The notes under the pieces: model-generated | What the model saw: the letters and a program-made list of their open reading frames with translations, nothing else | Database searches by the model: none | Told to the model about the DNA's origin: nothing | Made by a program: the position numbers and the translations under genes | In this document: in pieces, positions 22,225-34,941 of the stretch | Numbering within the stretch: the stretch's first letter is position 1 | Layout: each line of letters opens with the position of its first letter | Source: Phaeosaccion multiseriatum | Lineage: Eukaryota > Protista > Ochrophyta, other classes | DNA: 64,000 nucleotides | Direction of reading: 5' to 3' | Assembly (NCBI GenBank): GCA_965112735.1 | Contig: OZ218952.1 | Span: 1,302,001 to 1,366,000 of the forward strand

Positions 22225-25200
22225 TCATGCCGATGAGCGCGGTGCCGATGTCTCTACCGTGGAGGTGTCGGGCACCAGCACGGCGGATGCCTCGCTGTTG
22301 AGGCCATCCATAGTCGAGCCTTCTCCTCCTTTAGCCATCGCAATGCCTTGGTCATGTCTCTGGTCCTCTGCAGCTGAAGCCACAACCACATCTTCTTTCT
22401 CTTCTCGAGATGATTCTGACGCCCTCTTTCGCCCCGTGCCCTGCCTGCCGCTGAGGCCCTCCTTCTCGCTTGCCGCTGGCCCCCCTTCTCCGTCGCCTTC
22501 TCGTCCTTCGCCCGGCCCATCCCCTCCTGCTGCTTCACTTCCTGGGCATGCCTCTGGTTGCAAGCCTGCTCCCGAAGCATCACCGCCAGTAACAACAGCA
22601 GCAACAGCAGCTGCTGCTCGTGATGACTCTGATGCCTCCTCCTCTTCGGACACGGCACCTCCTACTACCTCTTTTGGGACTACTCCTTCTCCTAGAGTGT
22701 CTGGCACCCCCATTGCCGGCTCTTGTGGGACAGTCTCGAGGACAGGTAACGCTGGGTCAGAAGCCTCTGGATCAGATCTCTCTGGTTCACATCTTTCTGC
22801 AGCCGAGGGTTCTGCTGCTGACGTCTCTTGCTCACGTGACAACATCCCCTTCCTCTCTTTGCCCAAGTCAACTTGCCCCTCTTGTCTGGTCCCGTCCCCT
22901 GTGGCTGGCTCCTGCTCCTGCGCCGCCGCCGATCCATCAGCATGCTCCAGTGCCACAGACTCGTCTCTCTCGTTGCTCTCAGCCCCAGTTGTTGATGCTG
23001 CATGCCCTCTGACGGCAGTACAACTATCTTCTGTGCTCGTGGGCTGCTCACTGTCATCATCCAATCCCGGGTCTCCTTCTCTGCTCCGGGATGTTTTCCC
23101 TTCCGGAGCTGCGTGGGACACTGCTGCTACCCCTGAGCTCATTGAAGTTGCTTCCACCTCCGTCGATGTTGCCTCCTCTTTGACTGCGGTGCCTTGCCCA
23201 CCGCTTTCATCTGAAGCCAATGCGACTTGTTCACCCAAGGCATCTCCTTCCGCCGCCTCTGCGGCTAAAGCTCTTTCCTGCTTGTCCGCTGTATCTCCTA
23301 GTGGTGCTGCCTCCGCTGTTGCATTTGTCGCTTGTGACAAGCCCCCTTCTGACCCCGTGCCCTGCTCGTCCTCCTCCTGCGCAAAGGCCGCTTCTCCTCC
23401 TGCTTCTTCTCCTCCTCCATCTCCCCCGAGCGAACCTCCTCCTCCTCCTCCCTCATCTCCCGGCCTCGCCCCTGACACCTCCTCTACCGCTGTGTGCTGT
23501 GTCGATACCCTCTCGAACACGAAAGGTTCCCCTGTGCTCTCCTTCACTGCCGCGACTCCATCTCCTCCCTCCGATGCACTTTCTGGCGGGTTTGCCTTCA
23601 TTGCCGGAGCCTCGCACGGTTCTTCAACAAGTGACACGTCTTGCTTGACCTGCTCCACTCGCTCTATATGCTCGACGACTTGCTTGTGGCTCTCAATCGC
23701 GGATACCACTTCCGTCGTTACTCCCTTTTCTCCTTCCGCGGCATCTCCCGAGCCTAAGACTGCCTCTGTTAAGCTTGCTGGCGTGGCTTGCGTTGACGCT
23801 GCCGCCTCTTCCTCTTTGGGTGGCGTGCCTTCCTCAGCCCCGCCATCAAGCGGACCGGCCGATGCTCCTTTTTCGTCTTCGGATGGTGGCCCAACCTCTG
23901 TATAACCAACGGGTGCCCCGCCGGATGGGTCCGCTGCAGAAGAAGCTTCTCTACTGCCTGCAGACCTCTGTTCTGCTACCATCGCGACCTGATCCCCTCT
24001 GCTGCCATCTGCTGCTACCACCACTCCTCCTCTCCCCTCTGCATCCGTCTCACTGCCTCCTTCCCCCAAGAATGCCTCCTCTCTTTGCTGCCGTGCCACA
24101 CTGTCCAACGCCGCTACCCGGATCGCTTCCCATGTAGTCCGTGCACATTCACATTCCCCTCCCGGCGTGGTGAGACCCTCCCCTTTGCTGCCGTCTGCTG
24201 CCATCCATTCATCTCCCCAAGCTGTGTCCCGAATCGCTTCCCAAGTCGCCTCGGCACACTCCCCCTCTCTCCCTGGCACCGCGAGCTGCTCCCCTCCTCG
24301 TGCCTTCAATCGCGGCGCCACATTCTCCAACGCCTCTTCCCTTATGGCTGCCCATGTGACCCAGGCACACTCTGCTTCTCCTCCTGCCATCGTGAGCTGT
24401 CTGTACCTGCTTCCATCCGCTGCCATCCCTCCTCCTTCTCCTCCTCCTTCTCCTCCTTCTCCTTCTCCTTCTCCTTCTCTTCGAAGGGCTAAACCTTTCA
24501 ATGCTTCATCCCGAATCGCTTCCCAAGTCGCCTTGGCACACTCCTCCTCTCTCCCTGGCACCGCGAGTTGCTCCCCTCCTCGTGGGGCCAAATTCTCCAA
24601 CGCTGCGTCTCTTATCCCTTCCCATGTGGCCCTCGCGTACTCCTCCTCTCCTCCTCCTCCTCCTCCTCCTCCTCCTCCTCCTCCTCCTCCTCCTCCTCCT
24701 CCTCCTCCTCCTCCTCCTCCTCCTCCTCCTCCTCCTCCTCCTCCTCCCAAACCACCACCAGCCGTCGTCGTCATCGCATCAGTATTGATATACACGCGCG
24801 TCCGTCGCTTGTCATCGAGCCGCCTTCGCAGCAGCACCGCTACTAAAAGCCCTCCAACAGCAGCAGCCGCCGCCGCAGCCATACTAAACACGAAAACATT
24901 GGGGGGCCCTCCCCCTCCTTCTCCGCCCGGATCTTCTTCATTATCCGTCGAAGGAGTCTCCGTTGGTGGTGCTGCAATGGGCGCCGGGGTGGGGGCGACG
25001 GCAGACTCCCCAGTGGCGAAGCTTCCCAGGGCGAACGATCCATTCTCAAACACAAAGTCCCGCCCTGAAGAAGGTGTGCTGAGGAGTCTTCCCCTCCTCC
25101 TCCTTCTCCCCCTTCCGTGCCGCCGCCGCGCCTCCTCCTCCTCCTCCTCTCCTTCTGCATCCCCGTCGTCCACCGTGGCAAGGTATTCGGCGAGCATATG

Positions 25201-28200
25201 ACCAACGTCGATGGAGCCCTGGTGGGCAGCGCTCAGGCCGAAGCCCTCTCGAATGGCAGCGAAAACGCTCTTCTGGGCGAGGGTAGGAGTAGTCGCTGCA
25301 GTCTCTTCCTCTTCCTCCGAAGCGGCTGCTCCGAGGAGAGCGCGGGCGGTCTGAAAGAGGCTCGAGCTCGAAGGACCTCCGTCGTTACTAGTGCCGTGAT
25401 CGGACCAGTCCATCTCCGCTTCGTCGAGCAGGGAGTAGTTCAGATGCAGGCTGACGAGGGCGCCCCCAAGGGAGGCGTCCAGGCTTTGCACTTGGTAGGT
25501 AAGTGTGGCATCAAAGCCTACCATACCCCCCAGTTCCACCACATCGCTTGCTCCCTTTCCGCTGGAGCCTGTCGCGCCGTTCAGCCACTCGGCAAGCGCA
25601 TCGCTCTTTAGCCCCAAGTCCGCACGCAGCAGCGCACCACTACTGCCACTGCCATCACTGCTGCTGTCCGCATCGAAAGCATAGGTGCTCTTGTACAAAT
25701 CGAAATGATCTGACTCAGGGAAGGACCGTGCCGGGGCCAGCGCCAGGCCTTGGAGCTGTTCAAAGAAGAAGCCCCCGCCCTCCGCGGGCATTGCAAAGTC
25801 CGAAATATCCACCCCGAATAGAACGTCGACGGTTGGCGACGCCTCCGCTGGAGAGAGTGAGGAGGACGACCCTTCCCCCGCTGCCAGGACAATTTCATCC
25901 ATGCTCTCGAACTCCAGGCCGAGGCGAAGGGTGACGGTTACAGACGACAATGGCGACGAGGAGGAGGAGGAGGAGGAGGAGGGGCGCTCGACAACCAACG
26001 CCACTTCGCAGGCGAGGACAAGAGGGAAGGTGACGAACTTGGCGCGGCAAGTAGAGGCGTTGTAATCCACGGAGACGAGTCCTACGAGGGCAACAAGCAA
26101 GTCAATGAGCAGGGGGGGGTTAGGTGGTAGGTCGGGTGGACGCTGAGAGCTACGCGTGTGTGTGCGCGTGCTGCGCCTGTGTCTGTTGCTTGGAGCTAAA
26201 CCGCGTCTCAACCTACAACCTCTGGTAGAAGAGTTGCCACAACTGGACCTCCGCAAGGCACCACAGCTACCCTCCCAGCCACCACGGCACTCGCTTGTCC
26301 ACCCTCCCACCCATCACGACATTCACTTATCCACCCTACCGCAGCCCTCTACTTCTGCTTCTTCTTCTCCTTGCCTACCCCACTGCCGTGGCCTCGTCTG
26401 GATAGCCGCGTGGCCCAGGTGCTTCTAGAGGCCTTTATTTCACAGCCTCACGCGACCACCCGACACACGGACTCATCATGCCCCACTGCCTTTGCTTTCC
26501 ACTGACTCAAGCTTGCTGGCCTCGCTCGCCTGCCTTGCCTGAGCCCCCCTGTTGATCCCTTTTGGGGTCCAAAAATTGGGTCTGATCACTCACCTCCGCC
26601 TTCGTCGTCCTCATGCAGGGTCTCTCCAAACGCCAACTCGGAGTCCCACTCCATGCCTCCTCTCGCCGTAGCGCTGTAGTATGGCAGTGCCCCTCCTCCC
26701 ACCCCTTCTCCTCCCTCTTCCCCGTCCCCAGTGTCCTCGCTGCCCACCGCAGACAGAGAGAACACTTCACTAACGGCCTGCAGCCCTGTCTCGTTGAGGG
26801 AGGTTACTCGAACGACGTACTGCTGCTGCGCTTCTTCAAACACGCTGTCCAGAATGCTCCATGTCAGCCTCCCGGACGTTATGCTCACCCCCCCCGAGGG
26901 AGAGAGAAGGCTAGCGACCACGAAGGAAGCATAGGAGGAAGAGGAAGAAGAAGAAGAAGAAGAAGAAAGCCCATCCTCCTCCTCCTCGTATCGCAACAGC
27001 TCCACCGAGACGAGCCCAGTCGGATCTTCCCCTGCCTTCCCCGTTGCCTCCCACGAGATGACGTGGTGAGAAGAGTTGAGAGCCCATGATGAGTTCCCGG
27101 TGGGTTGCAACACGCGGAGGGCGGAGGGATGGCAGGGCAGGCTGATGTTGCCGGAGGTCCAGCCCTCCCACGAGGAGGAGGACGAGGAGGAGGAGGTCTC
27201 CGAGTCGAAGTACGTAGGCGCCAGTATGTCGATGTCAGGCTGAGGGGGTGGGGAGGGTGGGGAGGGGAGAGGAGTGGTTCGGGGTGGGGGTGGGGGATGG
27301 GGATGGGGTGTAGCGTGTGGGTGTTAGCTAGGGAGGTGAGGGACCACGGGTTTGGGAGAAGAGGGAGGAGGAGGAGGAGGAGGAGGAGGAGGAGGAGCTG
27401 GAGGAGGAGGAGGAGGAGGAGGAGGAGGAGGAGGAGGAGGAGGAGGAGGAGGAGGAGGAGGAGGAGGAGGAGGAGGAGGAGGAGGAGGAGGAGGAGGAGG
27501 AGGAGGAGGAGGAGGAGGAGGAGGAGGAGGAGGAGGAGGAGGAGGAGGAGGAGGAGGAGGAGGAGGAGGAGGAGGAGGAGGAGGAGGAGGAGGAGGAGGA
27601 GGAGGAGGAGGAGGAGGAGGAGGAGGAGGAGGAGGAGGAGGAGGAGGAGGAGGAGGAGGAGGAGGAGGAGGAGGAGGAGGAGGAGGAGGAGGAGGAGGAG
27701 GAGGAGGAGGAGGAGGAGGAGGAGGAGGAGGAGGAGGAGGAGGAGGAGGAGGAGGAGGAGGAGGAGGAGGAGGAGGAGGAGGAGGAGGAGGAGGAGGAGG
27801 AGGAGGAGGAGGAGGAGGAGGAGGAGGAGGAGGAGGAGCTGGAGGAGAGTTGTAGAAACGTTACAAGGCCGGTGCCCGCCCCTCCGCGGGGCTGCAGAGG
27901 CTACATATGTAAGTGAGTACGTACCAAGCCAAATGCCTGCATGAGAGTGGCACCGCCGATCTCAGGCAGCCCCTCGGGGGCGGAGAGCCCCCCCATGCCG
28001 AGGGAGAGGGAGGTGCCGTGGTAGAGACGGTACTGGAAGGACACGGAGCAGTTGGAGCAGTTGGAGGAGGAGGAGCTGTTGGAGTCTTGTTCTCCTTGGA
28101 GGAAGCGATGCAACATCCTCCTCCCCACTGATCCCTCCTGCTCGGTCCAAGAGTTGGGAGGAGGAGACCCTGCGGCATCGTCGGCGAACCCGTCGGTAAT

Positions 28201-31200
28201 TTGATCGGCGATGCCGGTGACAGCTCCCCCCCCCTTGCCGCTCGGCCGCTTCGCCTCCGTGTTTGCCTCGTACGCCGCAGCCCGATGAGTGACTGGAGCG
28301 TGACGCTGCTCGCCTCTTGCTCTTCTCCTTCCTTCTTTTCCTTCACGAGCTGCATTGGAAATCAAAGTGTTGCTCCTCCTGCTGTCGTCGTGGTTAAGGG
28401 AGACCTCATCCTCGTCCTCGTCCTCGTGCTCGTGCTCGTGCGTTTCGTCATCTCCCGATGCGCTCTTCCCCAGCCTGAGCCTTCGCCGCGAGTCGGAGTC
28501 CTGCACCGCCCCCGTGTAGTCCGACGGCGCCGCAGAGCCGATACAGTTACGGGCGGTTACGTACACGTAATGTGTGGTGAGGGAGTCCTCCCAGAACAAG
28601 AGCACGGAGCAAGCCGTGTCCTCGCAGTAGGCAGCGGCGTCAAGCGTGTAGGTCTCGGAGCTGCACGACGAATCACCGATGGCGACTGCCCCCGAACTAC
28701 AGGCGTACTGCACCTCAATTGAGAAGATGGTGGCCGGGGCGGTGAGGCCTGCCGAGCCTCGGGTCCAGCTCACTGACATGAGGCCCGAAACCGTTGAAAC
28801 TGTGGGCTGGGTGACCTCCTCTGGCATCATGCTCAGGTAGCCACCACCCGACGAGATCGATATTGAGTCTCCCTCGACCCTCTCTCCCTCGTTGAATGCC
28901 GCCTCATCCGCTGATTGCTGTATGTAGATGAAGTAGTAAGCACCCCCCGCCACGCTGCTTTGGGTGGAGAAGGAGTGGGAGCAAAGGTCTTGCTCGAGGC
29001 TCAGGAAGTGCGTGAGCTCCGTGCCGAAGTAGGTGGCGGTGGAGAGGACGTGTTGGATCTCTATAATCTCGTTGTCGTCGTCAGTTGCAGTGGTGGTGGT
29101 AGTATTGGTGGTAGTGTTCCCTCCATAGAGAGACACCGTCACATACCCGGAGTTAAAGTTGGAGCTCCATGCGATGCTTAAGTTGCCCTCGTGCCCAAAG
29201 ACCGTGCTGATGCCGGACATGACAGGCGTCGCACTCACGTTACTCGTCTCACTCCAATCACTCCACCCCATGTAGTTCCCCGCCCTGGATCGAAAGGTGT
29301 ACCGCCCTTCATACACATCGATCTGAAGTGTATCGGTGGTCACTGTTCCGCCACTCCCATCCTCGTCCCGAGAAGTGGCCTCGTACCCGACGGGGTCTCC
29401 ATTGCGAACGTCGAAAGTTGTCCACTCCGTTGATAGCGCGTCGTACAGCAGCACATCCCCGCTGCAGTCCACGGCACCCTCAGAGGAGGAGGAAGAGGAG
29501 GAGGACGAGCTGGAATTGTCACACGCCACGACAGGTAGTCCTTGACTCACGGTAGCGTTGTACAGCACGCAGAACCCGAGGGAAGCTCCGCTACTGCTGC
29601 CGTCGCTGCTGCTATTGGTATTGCTATTGGTGCTGCCGGAGGAAGCGGAGGAGATGTTGGTAAAGGTCTGCTCCTTGAAGGCAAAGGCCACGCAGCTGCC
29701 CCCCATCCCATTCTCTCCCATACACGCCGCCGCGCAGTCCTGCACTTGTGCGCGAGAGTCCACCGATGTGGCATTGAGGATGAGCTCTTCGAGTACAAAC
29801 CCAGAGGAGGAGGCACTGCTGCCATCTGTGGAAGTGAATGGGGGGGCCACTTGGTAGGCGTGGTCCTCGCCGTAGGAGCCGTCCCAGGGTCGGAAGAAGC
29901 CCAAGGAGGAGGGGGTGAGCGTGTCTGCGAACCAGCAGTCGAACAGCCAGTCCAACGCACCTCCTCCCGGGGCGCACGTGAGCGAGATACCATAGCTGGT
30001 CGCGATCTGACCACTGCTACTGCCGCTGCTACTGCTACTACTACTGCTGCTGCTGCTGCTGTTCGCCGTTTGGATCTCCAGCCGGATGGCATTGGCGTTG
30101 AGGAAGAGAGGCTCGGTTGGGATGGGCGGATCGGGAGTGCGGGGCACATCCACCTGGACGAAGGCAGAGCCCTCGGCAGGGTTGGCGGGTGAGGCCACAC
30201 CTTCCTCCTCGCCGCTGTCGTACAGCAGCACGCCTATGTAGGGCTTTACATACGCCTGCGTGAGAGGGGTATGGGCAGGACAGAGGTGTATGGGCAGGGC
30301 GGGGTAGAGGTGTATGGGCAGGGCAGGGTAGAGGTGTATGGGTAGGGCAGGGCAGAGGTGTATGGGCAAGGGCGGAAGAAATGAATAGGTAGGGCGGGGT
30401 ACGGCAGGGAAGTGCGGCGAGGGGACAGTCAGAGAGGGATGTAGATAGACGAGGCAACGGTATGGGAGCGTTAAGGTCGTTTGCATGTGTGCGCAAACGA
30501 TGGAATAGCTACGCACGCACACACCCACACACCCGCACACACCCACATACATGGACACACACAAATACGCTCACACAACCTCACGCACACACGCATACAC
30601 GTACACAGGCACACAAACACAAACACGCGCACGCACCTGCAGGTCGAACAGCCCCCAGAGGCGCAAACTGTACCGCGGGACGAGCGCGAGGCGAAGGTTC
30701 ACGGACGAGTTCTTCGGGGAGCGGGAAGGGGTGGTGAGGGAGAGGGGCGCTGTGGAGTAGCTCCAGTTGGTGTGGCTCACGGGTCGGAGGCCTGGGGTAC
30801 GCAGGGGAAGGCAGCGGCAGATGTGAGTTTGTGAGTTTGTGAGTTTGCCATGGGTGGATGGATAGATGGGGGCCGAGGGATGGGAAGGGAGATGGAGAGA
30901 GCGAGAGTAGCGATGGAAAGCGACGGGCGGGAGAGCGAGGGACGTGGTGGCGTGAGCGATGGCCTCGTCGAGGGCGTGAGAAGACGCAGGGGAGGAGGGG
31001 AGCGGAGGAGCAAGGGGGTGGGGGTAGACAGGCAAGACTTCATGCTTGCATACCCAAACCCACCAAGCGCTCCGTCACTTGCCTTCCGAATCCGTATAGT
31101 TGAAACCACACGTATGGCTCCCTTTTACCTCCATCCCTGTGAAGAAGTTCAGCTCCTCCATCGCCCCGGCCACCACGTGAGCCTCCGCCGAGAGCGATAG

Positions 31201-33836
31201 GGACGGCTTGAGGGCCACTGTCACGGGTCCAAGGGGTACATGTATGGTGGGGAGGGAGTCCACAGAGCCAATCTCTCGGGAGGCAAAGTCGCCGGCTTTG
31301 GGGCCCTCAACACGGAGGTAGGCGCTCATCTCAGCCGCGGAAGTCTGAGGGAAGTGATGTGGGGTTTGGTGCGTGCAGTTAGGGGGTGGTGAGGAGGAGA
31401 GCAAAGGAAGAGCGATCGGAGCGCGGAGAGTGAGCAGAGCCAGAGGAGGGAGCAGCTGAGTTTCGCATGCGTCAGTAGTCAGTCAGCGGCTCTTTCGACT
31501 TGCACTCCTCCATCCCTCCACCCCTCTATTCCCTCGTTCCTTCCCTCTTATCACGTTGTCTCTCTCCTTCACGTGATCCAAGCCCCCTCGGCTCACAGCC
31601 TCTCCTCTCCTCCCAAAGGCCTCTCACCGTCTCGAACTCGAGCAAAGTGGTCTCGCAGCCGCCTTGCCAGAGGGAGCAGTTGGTGTCGAGGGACAGGCGG
31701 ATGGCAGTGGACAGCACGGCGAAGCAGTTCTCGCACGCCATCCTCCCATCCTCATCCAAGGCGATGCTGCCGTGTGCCGAATCGAATCCAATCCAATCAG
31801 TGAGTCAGTGAGTCAGTGGGTCAGTGAGCAGGGTGGGGTGGAGGAGTAGGGGTGGGTGGTTATCAGGCAGCTTATACATAGACAGCTGAGGTACCACGCG
31901 CAGCTCAAAACGTGCTGGTCAACAGGTTTGCGTGCGTGCGTGCGTGTGTGCGTGCGTGCGTGTGGCTCAGCTTCCGATCGTACCTGGTGTTAACCGCCCT
32001 CCCCGTTGCCGAATCGTAATTGACGGACGCGCTGGCAAAGGTGTGCTTCGTAGAGCTCGCGTTGAAGGCATACAGCTCCCTTCGTTTAGCCGCAGCACCA
32101 CGGCGTGCCAGAGCCGCCGCTCCTGTGCCGCCTATCCATGGAGGATGATCCCTCGGGCGCTGCGAGGAGGGCCTCGTCGTACTGCTCACAGCGACGCCCG
32201 TCTCATCGGCAGCAGCAGAGGGGAAGTCTGACCACAGCAGCGAGGACTCGTTCTCCTCACTCTCCTCACTCTCCTCACTCTCTCCGTGCTGCTGCTGGTG
32301 GTCGAAGAAGTCTGCCCTCGGCACCTCCACCACCTCCTTCACGAGTTCGCCCCTCTCATGGGCCAGGGCCACACTTTCAAGCTCCCGCCGCGCGTGGTGA
32401 GGGCCCGTCGGATTCGCACCACTCAACAAGGGTGGGGCCGGGCTCTCCGAGGGGGTCCCGTCCAGTGGGGTTTCACCCAGGGGGGTGTCAATCTCAAGGC
32501 GGAGTTGCTGGTTTCAAACAAGATGAGAAAAGGCGGAAGAGAGGGACGAGTGTGTGTATGTGTGTGGCGGCTTTGAGATGAGACGATCACGTGTAGGCAC
32601 GCCATGATTCCCATCTTTGCCTTTTTACTCCCTCCCTCTGCCCTATGCCCTCTGTTTTCTGAGGGAGGTTATGACGTTGCTTGATCCTTACCATGGTATC
32701 AAAGCACGCCGTCGCATTGTGAAATTCCGCCACTACGTGGACCAAACCGTCCTCTCGGATGGTGAAGTCAACGACCCTGCGATAGAACGGCTCCGTCACT
32801 CGAGTACCGTTGACATCGAAGCAACCCTCGAGCTGTCGACCTGTCAACACTGATGTGCCACGCACCCAAGACGATGTGAGCTCCTTCGCCGGCATCCCAG
32901 CTGACCCCCCCCCCTCTGCCTCGCTCTCTCTGCTGCTGCTGTCTGCGCTGCTGGTGCTGCCGCTGACGTTGAGTAAAATGTGAGGGAGAGCCGCCGACGG
33001 CACACCCTGGGTGAGCAGCGAGGAGCGAGAAGCGACGGGCAAGCATCAAGTAGGAACAAGAGAAATGATCAAGGTAGAGGAGAGGGAGGTGGCCTGTGGT
33101 TGAGAGGGTCGAACGAAGAGGTAGAGGTTATTCTGCTCCTTTTCGGTGAGGGCAGAGAGAGAGGCCTGCACTCACCCACCCGCCCACCCATCCTCCCACC
33201 CTCCCTACCTCCTCGGTGGCCGGCATGCACGACACGTGTTTGACCCTGTTGTCATGGTCGAGGGGGATAACATCGGCGCTGATGACCACATCGTAGGACA
33301 GGTGCACCACAGGGACTCGCCTGGCCCGAGGGGAGAGGGGAGATTCAATCGTGCAGTCAGTCAGGCAGGCACTGCTCCTCTTGCTCAGTATGAGGACGTG
33401 TGTATCGGTTCAAAGGTCCTTTCCTATCCTCTCCAGTTGGGTGTGTGAGGCGTACACTGCGGGGTCGGGGGTCGGCTCCCGGTCAGTCGTTCATCTCCGT
33501 CTCTCTCTCTCAATGAACGGGTTACCGCCCCCACGGCATCACTTCCGGACGAAGGCGGAGCTACCATCCAGACCCTCCCTCCAAGTCCTAGTTCCACCAA
33601 GTTACTTACATGTCGCGATCTCGGAAGAGAGGTGGTTGATCATCATCAGCTGCTGCAGCAGGCCTTGCCGTGAAGTGGCGTCGATACGAACGCTCAGCGT
33701 GGGGGAAAGGGGTCCTATGCAGCTCCTTGATGCCTCGGAACGTGGCAGGTCGATCATACGGTACTGTGGTACTACTGCTACCCCAAGCCTCGAGTAGCAG
33801 GACCAAGAGCAGGCCCAGGATGCTGAGGCCGAACAT
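22225..33836 (-). CDS. Large multi-exon type-I membrane protein: signal peptide, beta-rich ectodomain with FN3-like and PAN/apple-like modules, one TM helix, long acidic cytoplasmic tail
   Basis: Signal peptide MFGLSILGLLLVLLLEAWG at 33836. Phase-compatible GT-AG exons follow (e.g. about 33321-33211, 33009-32692). PAN-like CAAAC...CVAFAF...CVLY and FN3-like YTFRSRAGNYMGWSDWS occur in the 30.26-27.9 kb exon. TM segment VFVFSMAAAAAAAVGGLLVAVLL-RRR at about 24820-24900. Joining all exons into one gene is inferred, and not every junction was checked. Confidence 0.65.
27364..27847. repeat. (GGA)n microsatellite, about 160 units, intronic
   Basis: Directly visible. It lies between exons of the minus-strand membrane protein gene. 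Confidence 0.95.
30270..30370. repeat. 24-bp intronic minisatellite, about 4 copies
   Basis: A GGGCAGGGCAGGGTAGAGGTGTAT-like unit is repeated just upstream of a splice acceptor. Confidence 0.8.
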
Positions 33837-34941
33837 AAGCCTCTTCTTTCTGGGTCACTCCCCAGAGGATTTCACGCCGGCACAGGTGATGCAGGCCAGG
33901 TTCTACTATTGATGGCGGCCTGGGTCGGTAGGAGCGTACACCAGCATCACAAATGGAGAGAGAGAGAGTGAAGGAGGAGGATTATAAAGGCCTGCGATGG
34001 GGACCTTCCGTTCCCGCTTCTTGTCTTACCTCACCTCAGTCGCAACCCCGGCACCTCGACCCTGAAAACGGCCTGCCACATGGATTGAGGGAAGGGTACA
34101 TGCTCCTACCGCTTCTCCAGTACTGTAATGAATGCGTTTTTGGGAGTTACTCATCGTCTTTTACTTGGTCTTGCTAGGCAAAGGGAACGAAAGGGAGGAG
34201 CAACATGGCAGAAATCCATGGCACGTGAAACGGGAAGGCAGCAGATGGCCGTTTCCGAAGGCGGGCTGGTGGAGAGGGCGCTGCAACGAACAACCCAACG
34301 AACAAGGCCCAGCCCTTGTGCACTTCATGATCAGGTAGGCTTGTTGGCGAGTGAAAGAGTGGAAGAGTGAGAGAGGGAGGGAGGGTGAATGAGGAGGATG
34401 ATTGAGAAATTATAGATACTGCCGACTCACAGCGGGTTGCAGGGGGCCGCCCCGGGCGAGAGACGAGCCGGCTCCGTTCATAGCGCGCATCCTAAACACG
34501 ACCTGCTGTCGCTGACGATACTCTCAGACTGACTCTTTCCCCTCCACTCTCCATGTCTAAACCTCTCCCCCTCTCACCTTTCTGGTGCATATTCCTTGCT
34601 CTGATTTTCCGTCCTTTGCCCCTTCCTTCCGCTTTCTTCTCCCCGCCCCGTTCCCTACTGTCATCGCGGGCTGACATCCCATCGGACCGATAAGACTGAT
34701 CGCTGCAAGGACCAGCAGAACAGGAGTAGCTGCTGTAGGAGACGCCCTCCTCCGCGACGCGGACCATTTCCGCCTGTCCCAGGTCTCATCCCAGTCCACC
34801 ATCGGCCGAGCAGAAGTCCCTCTTCATAGCTCTCAAATCGGATCCAGGAGGGTCAGCACCAGGCCGCTCACTTGCGTTCTGGGCAGAACAGTATCCAAGC
34901 AGAGTGCGAGCAGCAGCACCACTACCAACAGGAGCATCAGC

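Noticed and set aside
22259-23905. 548-aa plus-strand ORF and similar long antisense ORFs
   Set aside because: Shadow ORFs of GC-rich, E/A/G-rich coding sequence on the other strand, with no domain signal.
27105-27944. Poly-Arg and poly-Gly ORFs
   Set aside because: Read-through of an intronic (GGA)n microsatellite.
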